Shown here piece after piece: positions 37,656 through 52,037 of a stretch of DNA of 64,000 nt (position 1 is the first letter of the stretch; each line of letters opens with the position of its first letter). The DNA comes from Batkoa obscura (taxonomy: Eukaryota): contig JASVEC010000013.1 in NCBI GenBank assembly GCA_030770535.1, forward strand, positions 558,001 through 622,000, given 5' to 3'. The position numbers and the translations under genes are program-made. The notes under the pieces were generated by a model. It was not told the origin of the DNA. It searched no databases and worked only from the letters and a program-made list of their open reading frames with translations.

Positions 37656-39348
37656 TTAATCTAAAAAACTCCTATTACTATTTAAATTGTCCAATTTCTC
37701 ATTATGCTTATTTTTAATATACTTATCTTCATTAATTGGATTCAATATGTTAATGTCTTTAGGTTGACGAAAAGTTTCATTATTTTTTAATTTAGTAAAA
37801 GTGTCCCTATTATGCTTTGTTATTGGTTCATGATGAGTCATATTTAGTTTATTCTGTTGTGAGGTATGGGTATTAAATGGTCGATTCATATTGGACGTAG
37901 TAATCTTTGGTCGACTTATTTGTTTCTTTAATGTATCTCTACTAATAATTTCATGAGGACTTGTAGTTTCATCAATATACATTAATGGATTAAATTCTCT
38001 TGAATTAAAACTTAAATATTCGGCTCCTTTTCGATTCATTACTGGTTTATGCTCCATTGTTTTTCTAGATACTTTTCTACTACTACTTACTTTTTCAATT
38101 GGTCGATTTGTTTCAGCACTTAAGGATTCACTTACTATACGATTAACTTTAGGTTTCTTAATTACATTAACATCTTTGCTTGTATTTAATTTTTCGATTG
38201 GCTGAATATTTTCGGCACTTAATGAGTCACTTACTATACGGCTAACTTTAGGTCGTTTAACTGGATGACCGTCTTTACTACTACTTGTCCTTGATTTAAC
38301 TTGTGTACGCTTTATTGTATCATTCATTTTATCGCTTAAATTGTTTGGCTGCTGTATTGCATTACTTTCGCTGCTCTCTTTTTTAACGGTAGTTGCTGAA
38401 GGTCCATCTTTTTGTTGTCTATTTTGGCTCGCCTTCTTTATTGCACTCGAATAGCTGCTACTCTTTGATTCTTTAGGTTTCTTTAATGGATCTATTACAC
38501 TGGTACTCTTTAATTCCTTAGGCTGTGAACTACTTTTTTTTGTTGAGGTAACAGTAGCATCACTCTTAGTTTCTTTATTTTGATTTGTATCTTTTTTAAT
38601 TGTTCTTCTAGGAGCCGGTTGCTTTTTCTTTTTTGGCAATTCATCGGTAGCTGCTTTAGTACTAACAAATGTATATTAATATCTACAAAATAAGATCAAT
38701 CATTAATTTACCTAGCATCCTCGTCTTTTTTGTTTGGAAGTGGTCCATGATAGACAAAAAATTGCTTCTCATCAAATTCTTGCTCTTCTTCTTCAGTAAG
38801 GATATTACCTTGATCATTTAATACAACAACTACTTTTTTTGCTTTGATCTCTTTCTTTTTTTTAGGTAAAATCAACTCACTATCATCAATAAAATCATCC
38901 GAATAATCATAATCTCCGATATCTTCTGCCTTTTAAAAAAAGACGAATGAATTTTTATATATAAAAATCAAATACTAAAACTTACATCATAACTTTCTGC
39001 TTTTTGTAATATTTTATTAAAAAATTGGTCATTTTCGGTATCTATTGATGTTTCACTTTCTTCTACTTCTTCATCAGCTTCAGATTCATCCTCTACTTCA
39101 CATTCACTCTCAGTTTCTGAACTTTCTAAAACTTCATGTTGTTTTTGATATTCGGATAGTAATTTCGGTACATTAACAATATATGATTTTTTAAGATCTA
39201 CTTCAAGCACAATGGTTTCGTTTATTTTTGGCTTGGTTTTTTTAACTTTAGTTTTAATTTCAGGTGCAATTTCTTTTCCTTCACTCGATGTAGAACTTAA
39301 ATCTTCTGAACTTATTTCAATTGTATCTTGTGCCATGTCTTCTATCAT
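37656..39348 (-). CDS. HPC2/ubinuclein-like HIR-complex subunit (3 exons; introns ~38930-38985 and ~38660-38712)
   Basis: Middle exon translates AEDIGDYDYSDDFIDDSEL...QFFVYHGPL, the HUN/HRD signature. Flanks are acidic and K/S-rich low complexity. Confidence 0.78.
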
Positions 39349-39865
39349 TATTATTTGTTTTTGACTTTATAATTTGAAAATTAAATTGAATTTGATGGAA
39401 GAAAGTTTTTTTGTTTCAGATCTAATATCAATTTTTATAAATTAACAGTTAAACTTCAAGCGTAAAATATTTTAAATTGTTAGCCACCAATTGGTTCCGA
39501 TTTTATGTAAAGTGAAAATTAGTTCAAAGCAAAAAACAGATTGTTTTATACTCCTCTTTACTATCTACCAATCGTTTATTAAATATCTTTAAAGATCTAA
39601 ATAGCTAGAAAATAACTTAAGGATTCCTTGAAGACTTGTAGAGATAAAAGTAAATAAAAATCAATAGCTAATACTTCTTACTAAATGTTTCGCAGTTTGC
39701 TTAATATATCCCTTAAATTCACCTTCAAGTATAAATTTAATTTATTTGATTTTTAACCAACAAGATATTGAACTTTTAAATCTTGAGTTTATAAAAACTA
39801 AAAATTAAAATCGGATTTTTCTAATTTTTTAATGAAAAATCAACACAAACATCAAGTTCAAAAAA

Positions 39866-41930
39866 ATGCCACCTGGTCGAAAACCAAAGCAAAAGACGGA
39901 AAAGACGGAAAATAAAAATGAAATGCAAAATTCGGGAGAGATCTCAGATCATGATACTCACAAAGGAATATAAGGTTTCCATGATGCTCAATTTATTGAA
40001 TCACCAAGCTCAACTGGAAAGAAAAAACACAATCAACCTCGTCACTTTGAGCTATTAAGTAATCTAAAATATTAAATACAATTTTAGTTTATCGATTTAA
40101 TTCTATTAAAACTGAAATAAAGCAGTGAAGAAATTAAATTACCTTGTACCTTTACCATAAGGAGTAATAAAAGGTTTAGATTAAATGGGACGAATGATGT
40201 AAGTGTTTACAATATTTATAGCATTATTCTAAATCAATTTTACAGGGAGTAGAAAGTAGGGTGTCAATTATAGGTACTTTAGAGAAAATTACTGATGAAA
40301 AAAGTTTTATTATATCTAAAGGTGAAACAGGGGTAAATAACACTTTGTTTTTTAATTCTTAATTAAATTATTTTTTAGGATTATTGGCAGAGTCTATTTC
40401 AAAACGGATATCTCTTAATGTCACTCATAGTCAAGTACTCAAACCATATAGAGTAGGGTTATTCATTTACAACGTAAAAATGCTCATCTTTTTCTAAAAA
40501 AAGGATCCATAATGTTCGCCATAGCTCCTCAATGAACATACTGAATTTAATTTCAATTATATTGAAACTGAGGTATTTTTTTAAAGTCTATAATTTAATT
40601 ATACTGACTCTTGTTAGGGACAAGGTCAACAACCTCAAATAGTGTCTACACCTCATGAATTTCATAATTTCCCCAAATTTAGGGATAGTAATAATCAAAC
40701 TTCCAATGATAATACGGGTGGCTTTTATCAAAATGTGTCTATAATTAGTAACACTCATATCTTCACAAATGTTAAGGGTAATAATAACGAAACTTCTAAC
40801 AATGCTATTCGTGGTTTTAATCAAAGAGTATTTACAGTCAATGGATTTAATAATGATGGTCGAGATTTTATTAACAATAGCCATGATTATAATGAAACAA
40901 AAAAAAAATAAAAGAAAAAGACTTAAAAAAGTAGTTGTTAGCAATAAAATGGTATGAATCAGAAGATTAGTGTTTTAACTATGCTTGTTTATTTTTACCT
41001 TATTTACTCTGATTTCTTTTAGAGATTTAATAACGGCCATAGTTTTGGTGAAATGGAAAGACCATATGTCAATTTAAATGATAAGGATGGTTTATTAAAT
41101 ACTTATTTAGATGTAAAAGGTACAAGAGAGTCAGCAGATGAGGAAGTTGATTGTAATCAAAATAGTAGTGGTATAGTTGGAGTTTCTGGTGGTTCTAAAA
41201 TCATTATTAAGAATGTGAAGGATAATGTAAAAGATACTGAGAGTTTAAATGGTGAAAAAGAAGAAGGAGAAATAACTGACCAGTATGAAGAGGGTGAATT
41301 AAGCGACCAAGGTAAAGCGGGTAGTTCAGTTTCAAATGAAATCAATTTAATGAGTTGAAAAATTATTATTATTATTATTAAATACAATACTGGTTTTAAC
41401 ATATAATATAATAATAGCGAATTGGATAAGTCGCATATAGTCACTATTTTAAATACCCCTTCCATTGCATTGAAGTGAATTTCTACTGAATCAAACACAA
41501 CCAGACTTCTCAACCTAGTAAATCAAGTTACATCTTCCATCGCTGTAATTCAATAAAATTACCGATTTGTTTCTAGTGTATCTTCTTTTGATATCAAATA
41601 TCCAAGAGCCACAATATAGCGCAAGGGTAATATATACACATATATTATTTGATAAACTAAGTAGATGGGATTTGGGAAGTATCGATATATAGCAATAATA
41701 ATATAATGAGAATCGAAGTACTCATCGTAGTTTATAAAACGAGTTATGTTTTATTTAAATCTTTTTAGATAACTTTAAAGTTGATTGTGAATAGGGTAAT
41801 GGTCCTAGAAATCAAGTAAATGGGACAGGATTGACTACTAAAGAGATTGAGACCTACACTATTCAGACTTTAATAAAAGGGAGGAAAAAGTTGTAGCTAA
41901 AAAGTTTATCTTAGTTTATTGGATAAATAT
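39866..41930 (+). pseudogene. Probable pseudogene paralogue (A) of the 46792-48700 gene
   Basis: Same exon pattern (HFELL|, GTLEKITDEKSFII, SKRISLNV, KEEGE, KVYLS). Apparent in-frame TAA near 40118, 1-nt loss near 40385, later frameshifts. Confidence 0.65.
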
Positions 41931-42506
41931 ATTAATTATATGATCTATTAAATTAAAGCAAAGTTAATGCTTATTTTACAATTTTATGTTTTTTTTCAAA
42001 TTGTTATTGTATAGGGTAAAATTAAGTTTATGTTTTGAAGGTTTTGATTTTTTTATTCATGTCTATAATATTATTAAAAATAGTAGTCACATTTTTTTCC
42101 AAATCTGTTTACCACTGGATTAAAGCCAAATTTATACAATTAATGAAAAATTTGAAATAGCATCTTTAAATGTCATTAATAAATTTAAAGATATTCTATC
42201 TAAAAACCAAAAGCTTGAGTAAATATATAAAAAAACTTGAATAAAAAAGTTTTATTTAATACAAAAATTAATATAACTATTCAAAATTATCATTCTACTT
42301 AATTTAAATATATTCAGTTTTATTTAATTTTTTAGGATAAAATAATCTAAAAAAACAACTCATGTTTTTTTATTTTTTCTCATTATCTAGTTTTTATTTA
42401 ATATTTATTTTTGATAAATTTAACTAGTTTATTTATATAAATAGCTTTTACTTATTTAAAGCCTTAAGACCTACTTAAGTTTTAAACAAGCCAAAGCTGT
42501 TTATAT

Positions 42507-42605
42507 GGGGATGTATTTTTGTGTTTAAGAATTTTACTAACAATCTTTCCACTCAAAGAACGCTTAAAAAATGGAAAAAGTAATGAAGTCAAAAAAAACA
42601 CCCCC
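42507..42605 (+). mobile_element. MITE full copy (TSD ATAT)
   Basis: atat|ggggatg...aacaccccc|atat. Confidence 0.93.
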
Positions 42606-42641
42606 ATATGTTAATTAGATTATTAACTTTAATTGTTTTAT

Positions 42642-42740
42642 GGGGATGTATTTTTGTATTTAAGAATTTTACTAACAATCTTTCCACTCAAATAGCGTTT
42701 AAAAAATGGAAAAAGTGATGAAACCAAAAAAATTATCTCT
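42642..42740 (+). mobile_element. MITE full copy (flanks TTAT/ATAT)
   Basis: Direct copy 36 bp after the previous one; degenerate right end. Confidence 0.88.
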
Positions 42741-44639
42741 ATATGTTTGATTCTTAAATTTTGAAAATAATTAAACAATTATATTTATATTTATTAAATA
42801 ACAAAACCACAAATTATATTTTTTAAAATCAAATTTAAAATCTTTAACTAATATTATAAAATTAATCCTTAATTATTTTTATCTTTAAAATTTATATAAA
42901 TAGTTAATATAATTAAGAATAGCAGATTTAATATTTATTTTAGGTTATTTAATATTTTAATATGAATTTTTTAACTATGTTGCAATTAATAATTGATTAC
43001 TTTTTAATAATGTGAATTTGTGCTAAAATATTTTAAACAACATAATAATAGAAAATTATTAAACTTAATATTAATAGATTTCAAATATAAGTAATCTGCT
43101 TTTTTTGTCAATCATAATTTCAAAAAATACATTTTTTGATTTTATACTTGTGCTCACAGTTATGCTTTTGACTTTTACTTTAATTGTTTTATTTATTTAT
43201 TTATCATAATTGCTTTTTTATCCATTATTCATATTCTTTTAATGATAATAATATCAGAATTAATAATAATACAATTCAAGTAAGTGAAACTAAAAAATTT
43301 AATCTAACGTTCAAAAATAAAAATGTTAATATCTATATATTAAATTCTCAAAATGAACATATAGATAAAATTAAAGCAATAATCTAAATTAAAGCAATAA
43401 AGAAAATAAGATCTGAAACCTAGGTTGAAGTGATTGCCAATAAACAAAATTATATTATAAACCTAAAAACAGCTGCTAATCAAAACAATAAAATAAACTC
43501 AAAAGTAGCTGCTTATCAAACTAATAAAATAAATATAAAGGCGATTAATAAATAAAATGACCCAGGAAGCTCAAAAGTGGTTAATAATCTCATTAATATA
43601 GTTGAATCTATTATAAATGATTCTCAAATTAATAAAGTAAATCCTATAATATATAATGCTTTAAACATTAAATTTCTACCAAAATTAATGACTGGATCAA
43701 TAATTAATATTTTAATTCACTTTATGAATCAAGAAATAATAAAAAATATTAATAAGATAATTAATGAGATAACTATTAAAGCAGTCAATAAAAAAAGATT
43801 TAAAACATAACTTACTGTATATAGAAAGGCAAAACTTATAAATTATTTATACCAGCCTTATATTATTATGCCAGTAAAACAAATTAAAAAAAAATAGGCA
43901 AAAGTGTGAAATATTGCTTTATTTAGCTCTCAGATTGATTATAACACAACAATCACTTAAATTGTTGTGTTCTCAAGTTCAAACACAATCAATTCAGAGT
44001 CCCTTATTTTGATTTGCTGCGAGAATTTCTAACTTCATGTTGCAAACAATATTATCTTCTCGTTTTGATATCCATACTTGTTGGAGTATAAAAGAGATTC
44101 TTCAATATGATAACTCAAGGCTTTTTAACTGAATTACTCTCTGATAACGTATCATTAATAAAGTCACTAAGTCTTTCTGACAACATCTGATATAGATTTT
44201 ATAGTAGTATCTTCCATTGTATTTGTTTTACATAATTCATAGCTTACTACATACTATTTCTATTAATTTAAGTCTATCTTATTTACATAAACTAAGACCG
44301 TTCGACTCAAGGCAAGTTAATTAAGCAAGAGTAGCTTTTAACTTCGAACACTAAGTATCAACTTTCACAAAAGGTCAGATTTAAACAAATTTCTCAATTT
44401 TAAAAAAATAATAATAATAGTATTGAATACAATTATTATTTTCCAGTTAATATAGATTTATTTAAAAATGGCATATCGAATAATTGTTTTGACTCAAATA
44501 TAACTTTAAATCAAATTAATTACATCTAGAAGCTTATTATTAATAATGCAAGTTTTATTTATTCTATCAAATTTTAACTAATTTAATTTATAAGGTTTAA
44601 TGTAAACTAAAATAAACTTATTAATTTGACCCAAAGTAG

Positions 44640-45960
44640 TTGTAATAATATTAATGATAAGAAAGTAAGTGTAACAGCTAAAAGCAATAGAAGTGTGAGT
44701 TTTATTAAATATAAAGTTATTAAAAAGTTAGTATATATAAATTATATTATAATTAATATACTAAAAAATATTTATTAACATTTATTTCTTAGGAATTATA
44801 AATAGCCCTATAGCTGGTAATAATAAAGTAGTTGAAAATAGTGATGGAATTAATAATAATGTAAAAATTGAAGATGAAATTGTCAGTACTATTAATATAA
44901 TAGTAAATTTTGATAGCAAAATGAAAGAATTAGGAGAAGTAGGAAAAAAAGCAGAAACTCAGCTTACAAATAAGTTTGAAGAGTTAGCTAATTTATCTTA
45001 AATTAGGTTTACTACTTATTTTATTTTATTCAAAAATTATGGAATTTTTTTAGTTTTTATCTTATCTGAATAAGCATTGCGTTTATATTAAATTTTATAA
45101 TATAAGGTAAATTATTTTATTAATAATAATAATTTTTATTTAAAATAGTTTTAGGACTATATTACTGAACCTGTTTCACAATGGTCTTTACATGCTGAGC
45201 GTTCTCGGTTCCAGAAAACGAAATCAAAAGTATGATTGATTGATCGATTTATAATTAATTGACTTATTTTAAGGAATATATTGAAGAATCTTTAAGAAAG
45301 TCAATAACTTATAAATCTCGTATTAAACCCAGTGTTAAATACAACAATACACAAACTTCAATTAATTCTAGTTATAATTATCTCTAATAACACTAGAAGT
45401 ACAGAAAATAATAATAATCATTTTCTCGATAATATTAGAAGTTCCCATGATGATCCAATAGATTTTAAGGACTTGTTAAATGAATATTTAGATGTAAAAG
45501 GTACAACGGAGTTAAAAGATGAGGTTGATTTTTTAACTTATGATAATTTAAATATAACTTCTAAAAATAAAAAGATCAATATAACAACTATTGATAATTT
45601 AGCTACTCAAAAGGAAGAAGGTAAAATAAATGACTAAATTAAATCAGAAAGTTCCTTTTCAGATCAAGTTAATCTTAATGAATTGTAAGCTTGTTTTTAT
45701 TAATTCTAATATTATATTTAATATAAAAATTAATATAGTAAATTGGACAAGTCGCGTGTAGTCACTATTTTAAACATTTTTCTGATATATTTAAAGAAAT
45801 CTTATTAAAACAAATATAATTAAGCCTTGATGCTTATGAAATTAAAGATTATCTTTTATAGTTATAAATTCATTGAATCGTTGAATTGATTCAGATCTAT
45901 CTTCTTTGGATGATAAGTATCTTCCAGTTTCATAGTATAATACAAGTGTAATATATATTT
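44640..45960 (+). pseudogene. Degraded paralogue (B) of the 46792-48700 gene
   Basis: DLLNEYLDVKGTTELKDEVD...QKEEG matches copy A; aattggacaagtcgcgtgtagtcactatttt matches 41420-41450; many stops. Boundaries approximate. Confidence 0.6.
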
Positions 45961-46791
45961 ATGTTATTAATAAAGTAAATTAAAATAAAGATTAAAAGTA
46001 AATTATTAGTAAATTATTAATCTTTGTCTATTAAATGTGGATGTTTAATTGTTATTTATTATATATTAAAATAGAACAAAGATAATATTTAATTTGATTT
46101 TTTTGTTATTGTTATTATAATAACAGATAAAAATTAGTACGTATTTTAAGTGTTTTTTTTGTTTTTTTTGTTTTTTCTGTTAGTATTAATATAAATTATA
46201 AAGTGAATAAAAAGATAGTCACCTTTTTTCGGATATCATTTGCTATCGAATTGAAAGCCAATTATCTTGTTTAAGGGAAAGGTTTAAAAAAGATTTTTAA
46301 TATATATATATTTAATAAGTTTAAAACTATTTCTTATTAAAATAATAATAATTTATATAAAGTATTAAAATAAAAATAAGTATAAATAAAAGAAACTAAA
46401 GTAAAAAAATTTTTTATTGATATATTTATCCTTTTAACTGAGTTTAAATTCATCTTATATTGTTCACTTTCTTCAATAAAAAAAACAAAGTCGTTTTTTA
46501 TGCCTTCACCTGACTCTACCTTAAGTTTATAATACAGAATTTATGAGTTAGTATAGTCAAATAAGATCTTTTGAATTTACTCTATTTTATAAATTTTAAT
46601 ATTAATAAAAATTAAATAGTTAATGAATTCTCTATTAATTACTTTTCAGTTTAATTAATCTATTTTGAGTTTATTCAATTTTATATTCAATATAGGTCGA
46701 TTCAACCAATAAAAAGGAAAACTTTTCGATATTTAGAAAACTAAAAAAGCTTTGAAAAAAAACTTTTTACTTTTATTTTTCAACTTTAAAA

Positions 46792-48700
46792 ATGAATAAT
46801 CAACCTTGTAATTCAAGACAAATGAATCAACAACAACAACAAGTTAATACTAATCAAAATAACGATGGCTTTCATACTATTAATTTTTCAAAATCAAGTA
46901 TAGGTCAAGCTAAAGGGGAAAGTAAAAATAAATTTTATCATTTTGAGTTATTAAGTAAATTTATTCATGTTTTCAAGTAATTTTAAAGTTATTAATTTTG
47001 TTCTTATTATTATGCTTATTTTTAGCTCGATTGAAATTTGGTGATCAAATTCAATTACCCTTTAATTTACAATTAAATCAAGGTAGATTTGAAATTCAAG
47101 AAACAATAGTAAAATTTTTTAAATATTAATTAATAACATATCAATTTCAATTCTATAGAGAGAAGGACCAAGAAGAGTAGCTAGAGGTACCTATGAAGAA
47201 ATTTCAGATGAAAAATGTTTTATTGTAACAAAAGATAATCAAGGAGTAAATGAATTTTTTAAATTTTTTAATTATTAATTTTATTTTTAGATTCATAGAG
47301 CAGATTTTATCTCAAAACGTCTTAATCTAAATGTAGAAGATATCCATATTAATCCATTATCATCTCAAGTATATTTGGTTATCTTTATTAGTTATATAAA
47401 TACTTATTTTAATTTAGTTTAAAAGATTAAAAAGAATAAATAATAAGGAAAATCAAAATAGTCAATTACAACCTATAGAATCTCAACAAATCAATCAAAA
47501 TGATCAAAATTCAGTTATCGAATCTGAAAGAGTTAATCAAAATAGTCAGATACCAGTTATAGAACGTGAACATGATAATAATCCTAGAGTTAGAAGTAAA
47601 AATAATACAACTTTTAATAGACCTATTATTGATTACAATTCACTTATCCCTACTGTAAATAATATAGTTAAAAAAACAACTCGTCGTAAGTCAAAGAATA
47701 GAAAAAATGTAATGATTTATAATTTGATTTATTTAATTTTAATTTTAATTTTAACTTTTTTAGAGAGTTTTAAACTATTGTGATCAAGATAATGTAGATA
47801 AAGTAGATAATACTTCAAATAACTTTAATGATTTATTAAATAATTGTATGGTAATAAAAGATACAATTGAATTAATTGATGATAAAAATAATTGTAATCA
47901 AAATTATAATAATGATGTAATTGTAGTTTCAAATGAATTTAATATGACTTCTAAGAGTAACCAAATCAATATATCAATTAATAATAATTCAAATAGTCAA
48001 AAAGAAGATGGTGAATTAAGTGAAGAGGAAGAAAGTGAATTAAATAAACAAGGTAAAATATTAAATTATTATTTAATAAGTTATAAATTTTAATTATTAA
48101 TAAATCTAATATTCTATTTAATCATAGAAAATATTAACAATGAATTGACAAAGACAAATGTAGTTAGCAATTTAACTGTATCACTTAATGATTCTAAAAA
48201 AACTCCCTTAAATAATACAAATCAAGTTGTGTCTCAAAGTTTAAAAAATGAAACTAATCCAAGTGTTATTATAAGTTCACCAAGCCATCCAATTGCTTCT
48301 GATTTATCTTTTGAAGACGAATATTCATCACAAGCAAAATATAATTCAAGAGTAAAATTCATATTATATTATATATAATAATAAATAAATAATAATGATA
48401 ATAAATTAATTCAATTATTTTAGGATTTAATAAATGTTACTACATGGCAACATCAGTATAATAATAATCAAAGTAATCAGTAGACTATTTATATAAAATG
48501 TAAATTTAAATTTAAATTTAAATTATTTTATAGATAACCCTGAAGTACATCCTCCATCTGATAATCATACTAAAAATATAATGAATATTACTGGATTAAC
48601 TACGGAAGAATCAGAAACTTATTATTCAGGTTCTGAAAAAAGTGAACAAAAAGTGAATATTAATCCAAAAGTTTATCTTAGTTCTGAAGATGAAAAGTAA
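46792..48700 (+). CDS. Uncharacterised 9-exon N/Q-rich protein, possible EAF-like N-terminal domain
   Basis: Manual GT-AG splicing gives a continuous frame: ...HFELLTRLKFGDQIQLPF...RVARGTYEEISDEKCFIVTKDNQGIHRADFISKRLNLNV...KVYLSSEDEK*. Confidence 0.7.
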
Positions 48701-48954
48701 AGACTTAATTAGTTTAGTAATTTAATATTAAAATTGATTGTAAAAAAATGAAATTTGATTTGGATTCTTATTTTTGAGTGTTTTTAGTTGCTTATGTTAT
48801 GTTATGAGTTTTTTTTTTTGAATTTTTGAGTTATAATGTTGTCTAACATTATTATAAACAAATAGTTTAGTAATTATTTTTAGAGTATCAAAAACTAAAA
48901 TATTTGTTATATTATTTTTATATGATTAATGATCTTAAAAAGATTTGTAGATAT

Positions 48955-49053
48955 GGGGGTGTATTTTTTTGTTTAAGAATTTTACTAACAATCTTTCCGC
49001 TCAAATAGTGCTTAAAAAATGGAAAAAATAATGAAACCAAAAAAAACACCCCC
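48955..49053 (+). mobile_element. MITE full copy (TSD ATAT)
   Basis: atat|gggggtg...aacaccccc|atat. Confidence 0.93.
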
Positions 49054-49698
49054 ATATATTATTTAAAAAGTAAATTATAAATAAAATTATTTACAGAGTT
49101 TAAATAGGTTAATATTAATCAATAAGTTGATTAATTTTTTAAAAAAATACATTCCTACATAATGAATTTAAATTAATCCTTTACTATTAATCCGTTATTA
49201 TACTCAATTAGAATAATAATTATAAATATTATTATTATTATTATTATTATAAATATTATTATTTAATCAATTATTCAATACTTTTTGTATAAAGATGACG
49301 TTATAGCTGTTATTATAATAAGTAATCCAACTATAAAAAATGCATTAAAGGACTATTGATAAATAATAAACTTTGTCATATATAAACTTTTTAGTTCTGA
49401 ATTTTTATTTAAAATTCAATATAATATCATTTTAGTATCAAATACAATATTATTTTAGAAATGAGTCCCTCATAAAAAATAAAGAAGTGAGAAGATCAAA
49501 GAATGTTAATTGTAATTAAATGATTTAAACTATAATTTTATATAATTTAACTTTAATCAATAAGCTCATCTATTTAGTTAACTTATTATATAATAATGTA
49601 TTTTAAAAATAATAAAGTAAATAGAAGGTATAATTTCAATAAAATTTAATAATAATTACTCAATTTAATAATTCAACTTTAATATCTAGATTTACAAT

Positions 49699-51467
49699 TT
49701 AGTTAACTTGACGCATAATAATATGTTTTAAAAATAAGGAAGAAACAAAAGCAATTGCAGAAACAACAATCATATATCTATAGCACATTTTAAATGTAAA
49801 AAATAAAGCTTCTATTGCAAGTGTTTTTGATTCTTCATTCAATTGAGAAATAGAAGATAATGAATCCACAACTCCTTGATTGATATCCAAATTAGCTTCT
49901 GTTAAACTTACATTCAAATAAAATTTATAAATAATAGAACATAAAGCTAAACCAAATACAGAACCCATAGATTGAGAAAAACTAATTAAAGAAGTAACAA
50001 CAGCACTTTCTTTTTCTAAGGTTGCTGTTTGACATATAATTGTGGATGTTTGTATACATAATCCAAAACCACCGGAGATTAATAATAAATAAAACATTTC
50101 TTCAACTCTTGAAATATTAGAACGTAAAAAAATACCAAATAAAGAACAACCTAACAATATAAGAAAGGTGCCCATTTGATTCATTAATTTATATTTACCA
50201 GTCTTATTAGTATAGATACCAGATAATATACTACAAATAACAGTACATACCATAATAGGTAATAATTCTAAACCAGAAATGGTAGCAGATTCACCTTTTA
50301 ATACTTGATAATAAATAGGCATATAAAATAATATAAAGAAATAAGGGAAGACTATAAAAAACATTGTAATATTGGCAGATAATACATTATTATTAATAAT
50401 ATTTAATGGAATAATTGGATCTTTTGATATATTATTTTCAATATAAATAAAAATTATAAATAATAAAATACTAATTGATATTGGTAATAAAACTTGTAAT
50501 GAATTCCAATTATATTGTTTACCACCCCAACCAATGCCTAATAATAATAAACTAGTTGCTGATAATAATAATAATAAACCTAAATAATCAATAGATTTTA
50601 ATTTTTGATAAAAATTACCTACTGGTTTAGGTAAATTTAATAAAAAATATAATATTAATATAGCTATTAAACATAATGGTAAATTAATAAAGAAAGTCCA
50701 TCTCCAATTAATTAAATCAGATATTAATCCTCCAACTAATGGTCCAGATAAACTACTTAATGTAAACATTAATCCTGAAATAGACATATAAATAGATCGT
50801 TTTCTTAAAGGTACAATATCACTAATAATTATAATAGATAAACAAATTAATCCACCTCCACCTGCACCAGTTAAAGCACGTGACCATATTAACATTATTA
50901 AACTAGTAGATAAACCACATAATAAAGAACCAATAGAAAATAATAGAATAGCTACCATTAAAGTCACTTTCCTACCAAATATATCACTTAATTTTCCATA
51001 TAAAGGTTGAGTAGCTGTACTTGTCATCATATAAGAAGCAGCTACCCAAGTCATATCTTCAAATGAACCAAAATCATTTAATATATTAGCTAAGGCAGTT
51101 GTTAATATTGTACCATCTAAAAATGATAAGAAAATAACTAAGGCTAAACTATAAAAATTAAAAATTAAATTAGTTAATTAATATAAATTTATATTATTAA
51201 TAATTAATAATTAATTAATTTTAAAAAAACTTACCCAAATATAATTAATATAAATTTAGATTTAGATAAATGTACAATAGAGTGATCATTTTCTAAATTA
51301 TCATTTTCATATAATGTATAACGTTGATTTCTTATTTTATTTAAATATGCTTTTTTATCATTATTCATACTTAATCCAGGTAAAGTATGACTATATTTGA
51401 TATCTACATCTTCAAAATCATTATCCTGATAACGATATATTTTAGGTGGATATTTTAAATTACTCAT
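49699..51467 (-). CDS. MFS drug:H+ antiporter, DHA2 type (intron 51149-51234)
   Basis: QPLYGKLSDIFGRK; RALTGAGGGG; WRWTFFINLP; IDYLG. Intron is at the same position as in the 25851-27559 paralogue. Confidence 0.92.
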
Positions 51468-51483
51468 TATTATTGATATATTA

Positions 51484-51535
51484 ATATATTGATATTGATA
51501 TTGATATTGATATTAATATTAATATTAATATTGAT
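51484..51535. repeat. (ATATTG/ATATTA)n hexamer microsatellite just upstream of the MFS start
   Basis: atattgatattgatattgatattgatattaatattaatattaatattg. Confidence 0.75.
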
Positions 51536-52037
51536 TTTTTTTCTTTTTTTTTCTTTTCACAGAAAAGATATTGAATATTACTTGAATCTATCAAAGTAAA
51601 TAATATATTATTAAATGTTAAAGAATGAAGTTAATTCATTCAAGTTAAATAATTTTGTAACTTTTTTTTAAAAAATAAATACAATTGTAACTTTTTTCTT
51701 ACATAGTGGTGATCAAACAGTGATATATTTTCTGAATTTTTTATGAAAAAAATTTTAATATTATTTATTAAAATTATAAAAACAGTATGAATTTTTACTG
51801 TAAAATTCATAATTGATTCTTTTTCAATTTTTAATTTATGAAAATCCAAAATGATCAACTGTAACTTGTGCCATTTTAATATTTTGAAGCTAAAAATTGA
51901 ATTGAAGACGCTAAACTAAAATAATTGAGAGGGAGATCAATTTTTTAAAAAATCAGCCAACATTGAAAATTTTAAATTATAATAATCTCATTATATTTAA
52001 CTTTTTTCAATTATTTGTTTATATTAAAATATTAGAA

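Noticed and set aside
43100..44400. N/I/K-rich ORFs 43184-43387 and 43577-43810 and adjacent coding-like DNA as a retroelement or gene
   Set aside because: Many stops and no recognisable motif. It may be a relic, but I cannot support a call.
25851..51467. Secondary-metabolite gene cluster suggested by MFS transporters, tyrosinase and oxidoreductase
   Set aside because: No PKS, NRPS, terpene synthase or RiPP-type precursor is visible. The Gly-rich repeats lack KR/KK-delimited cores.
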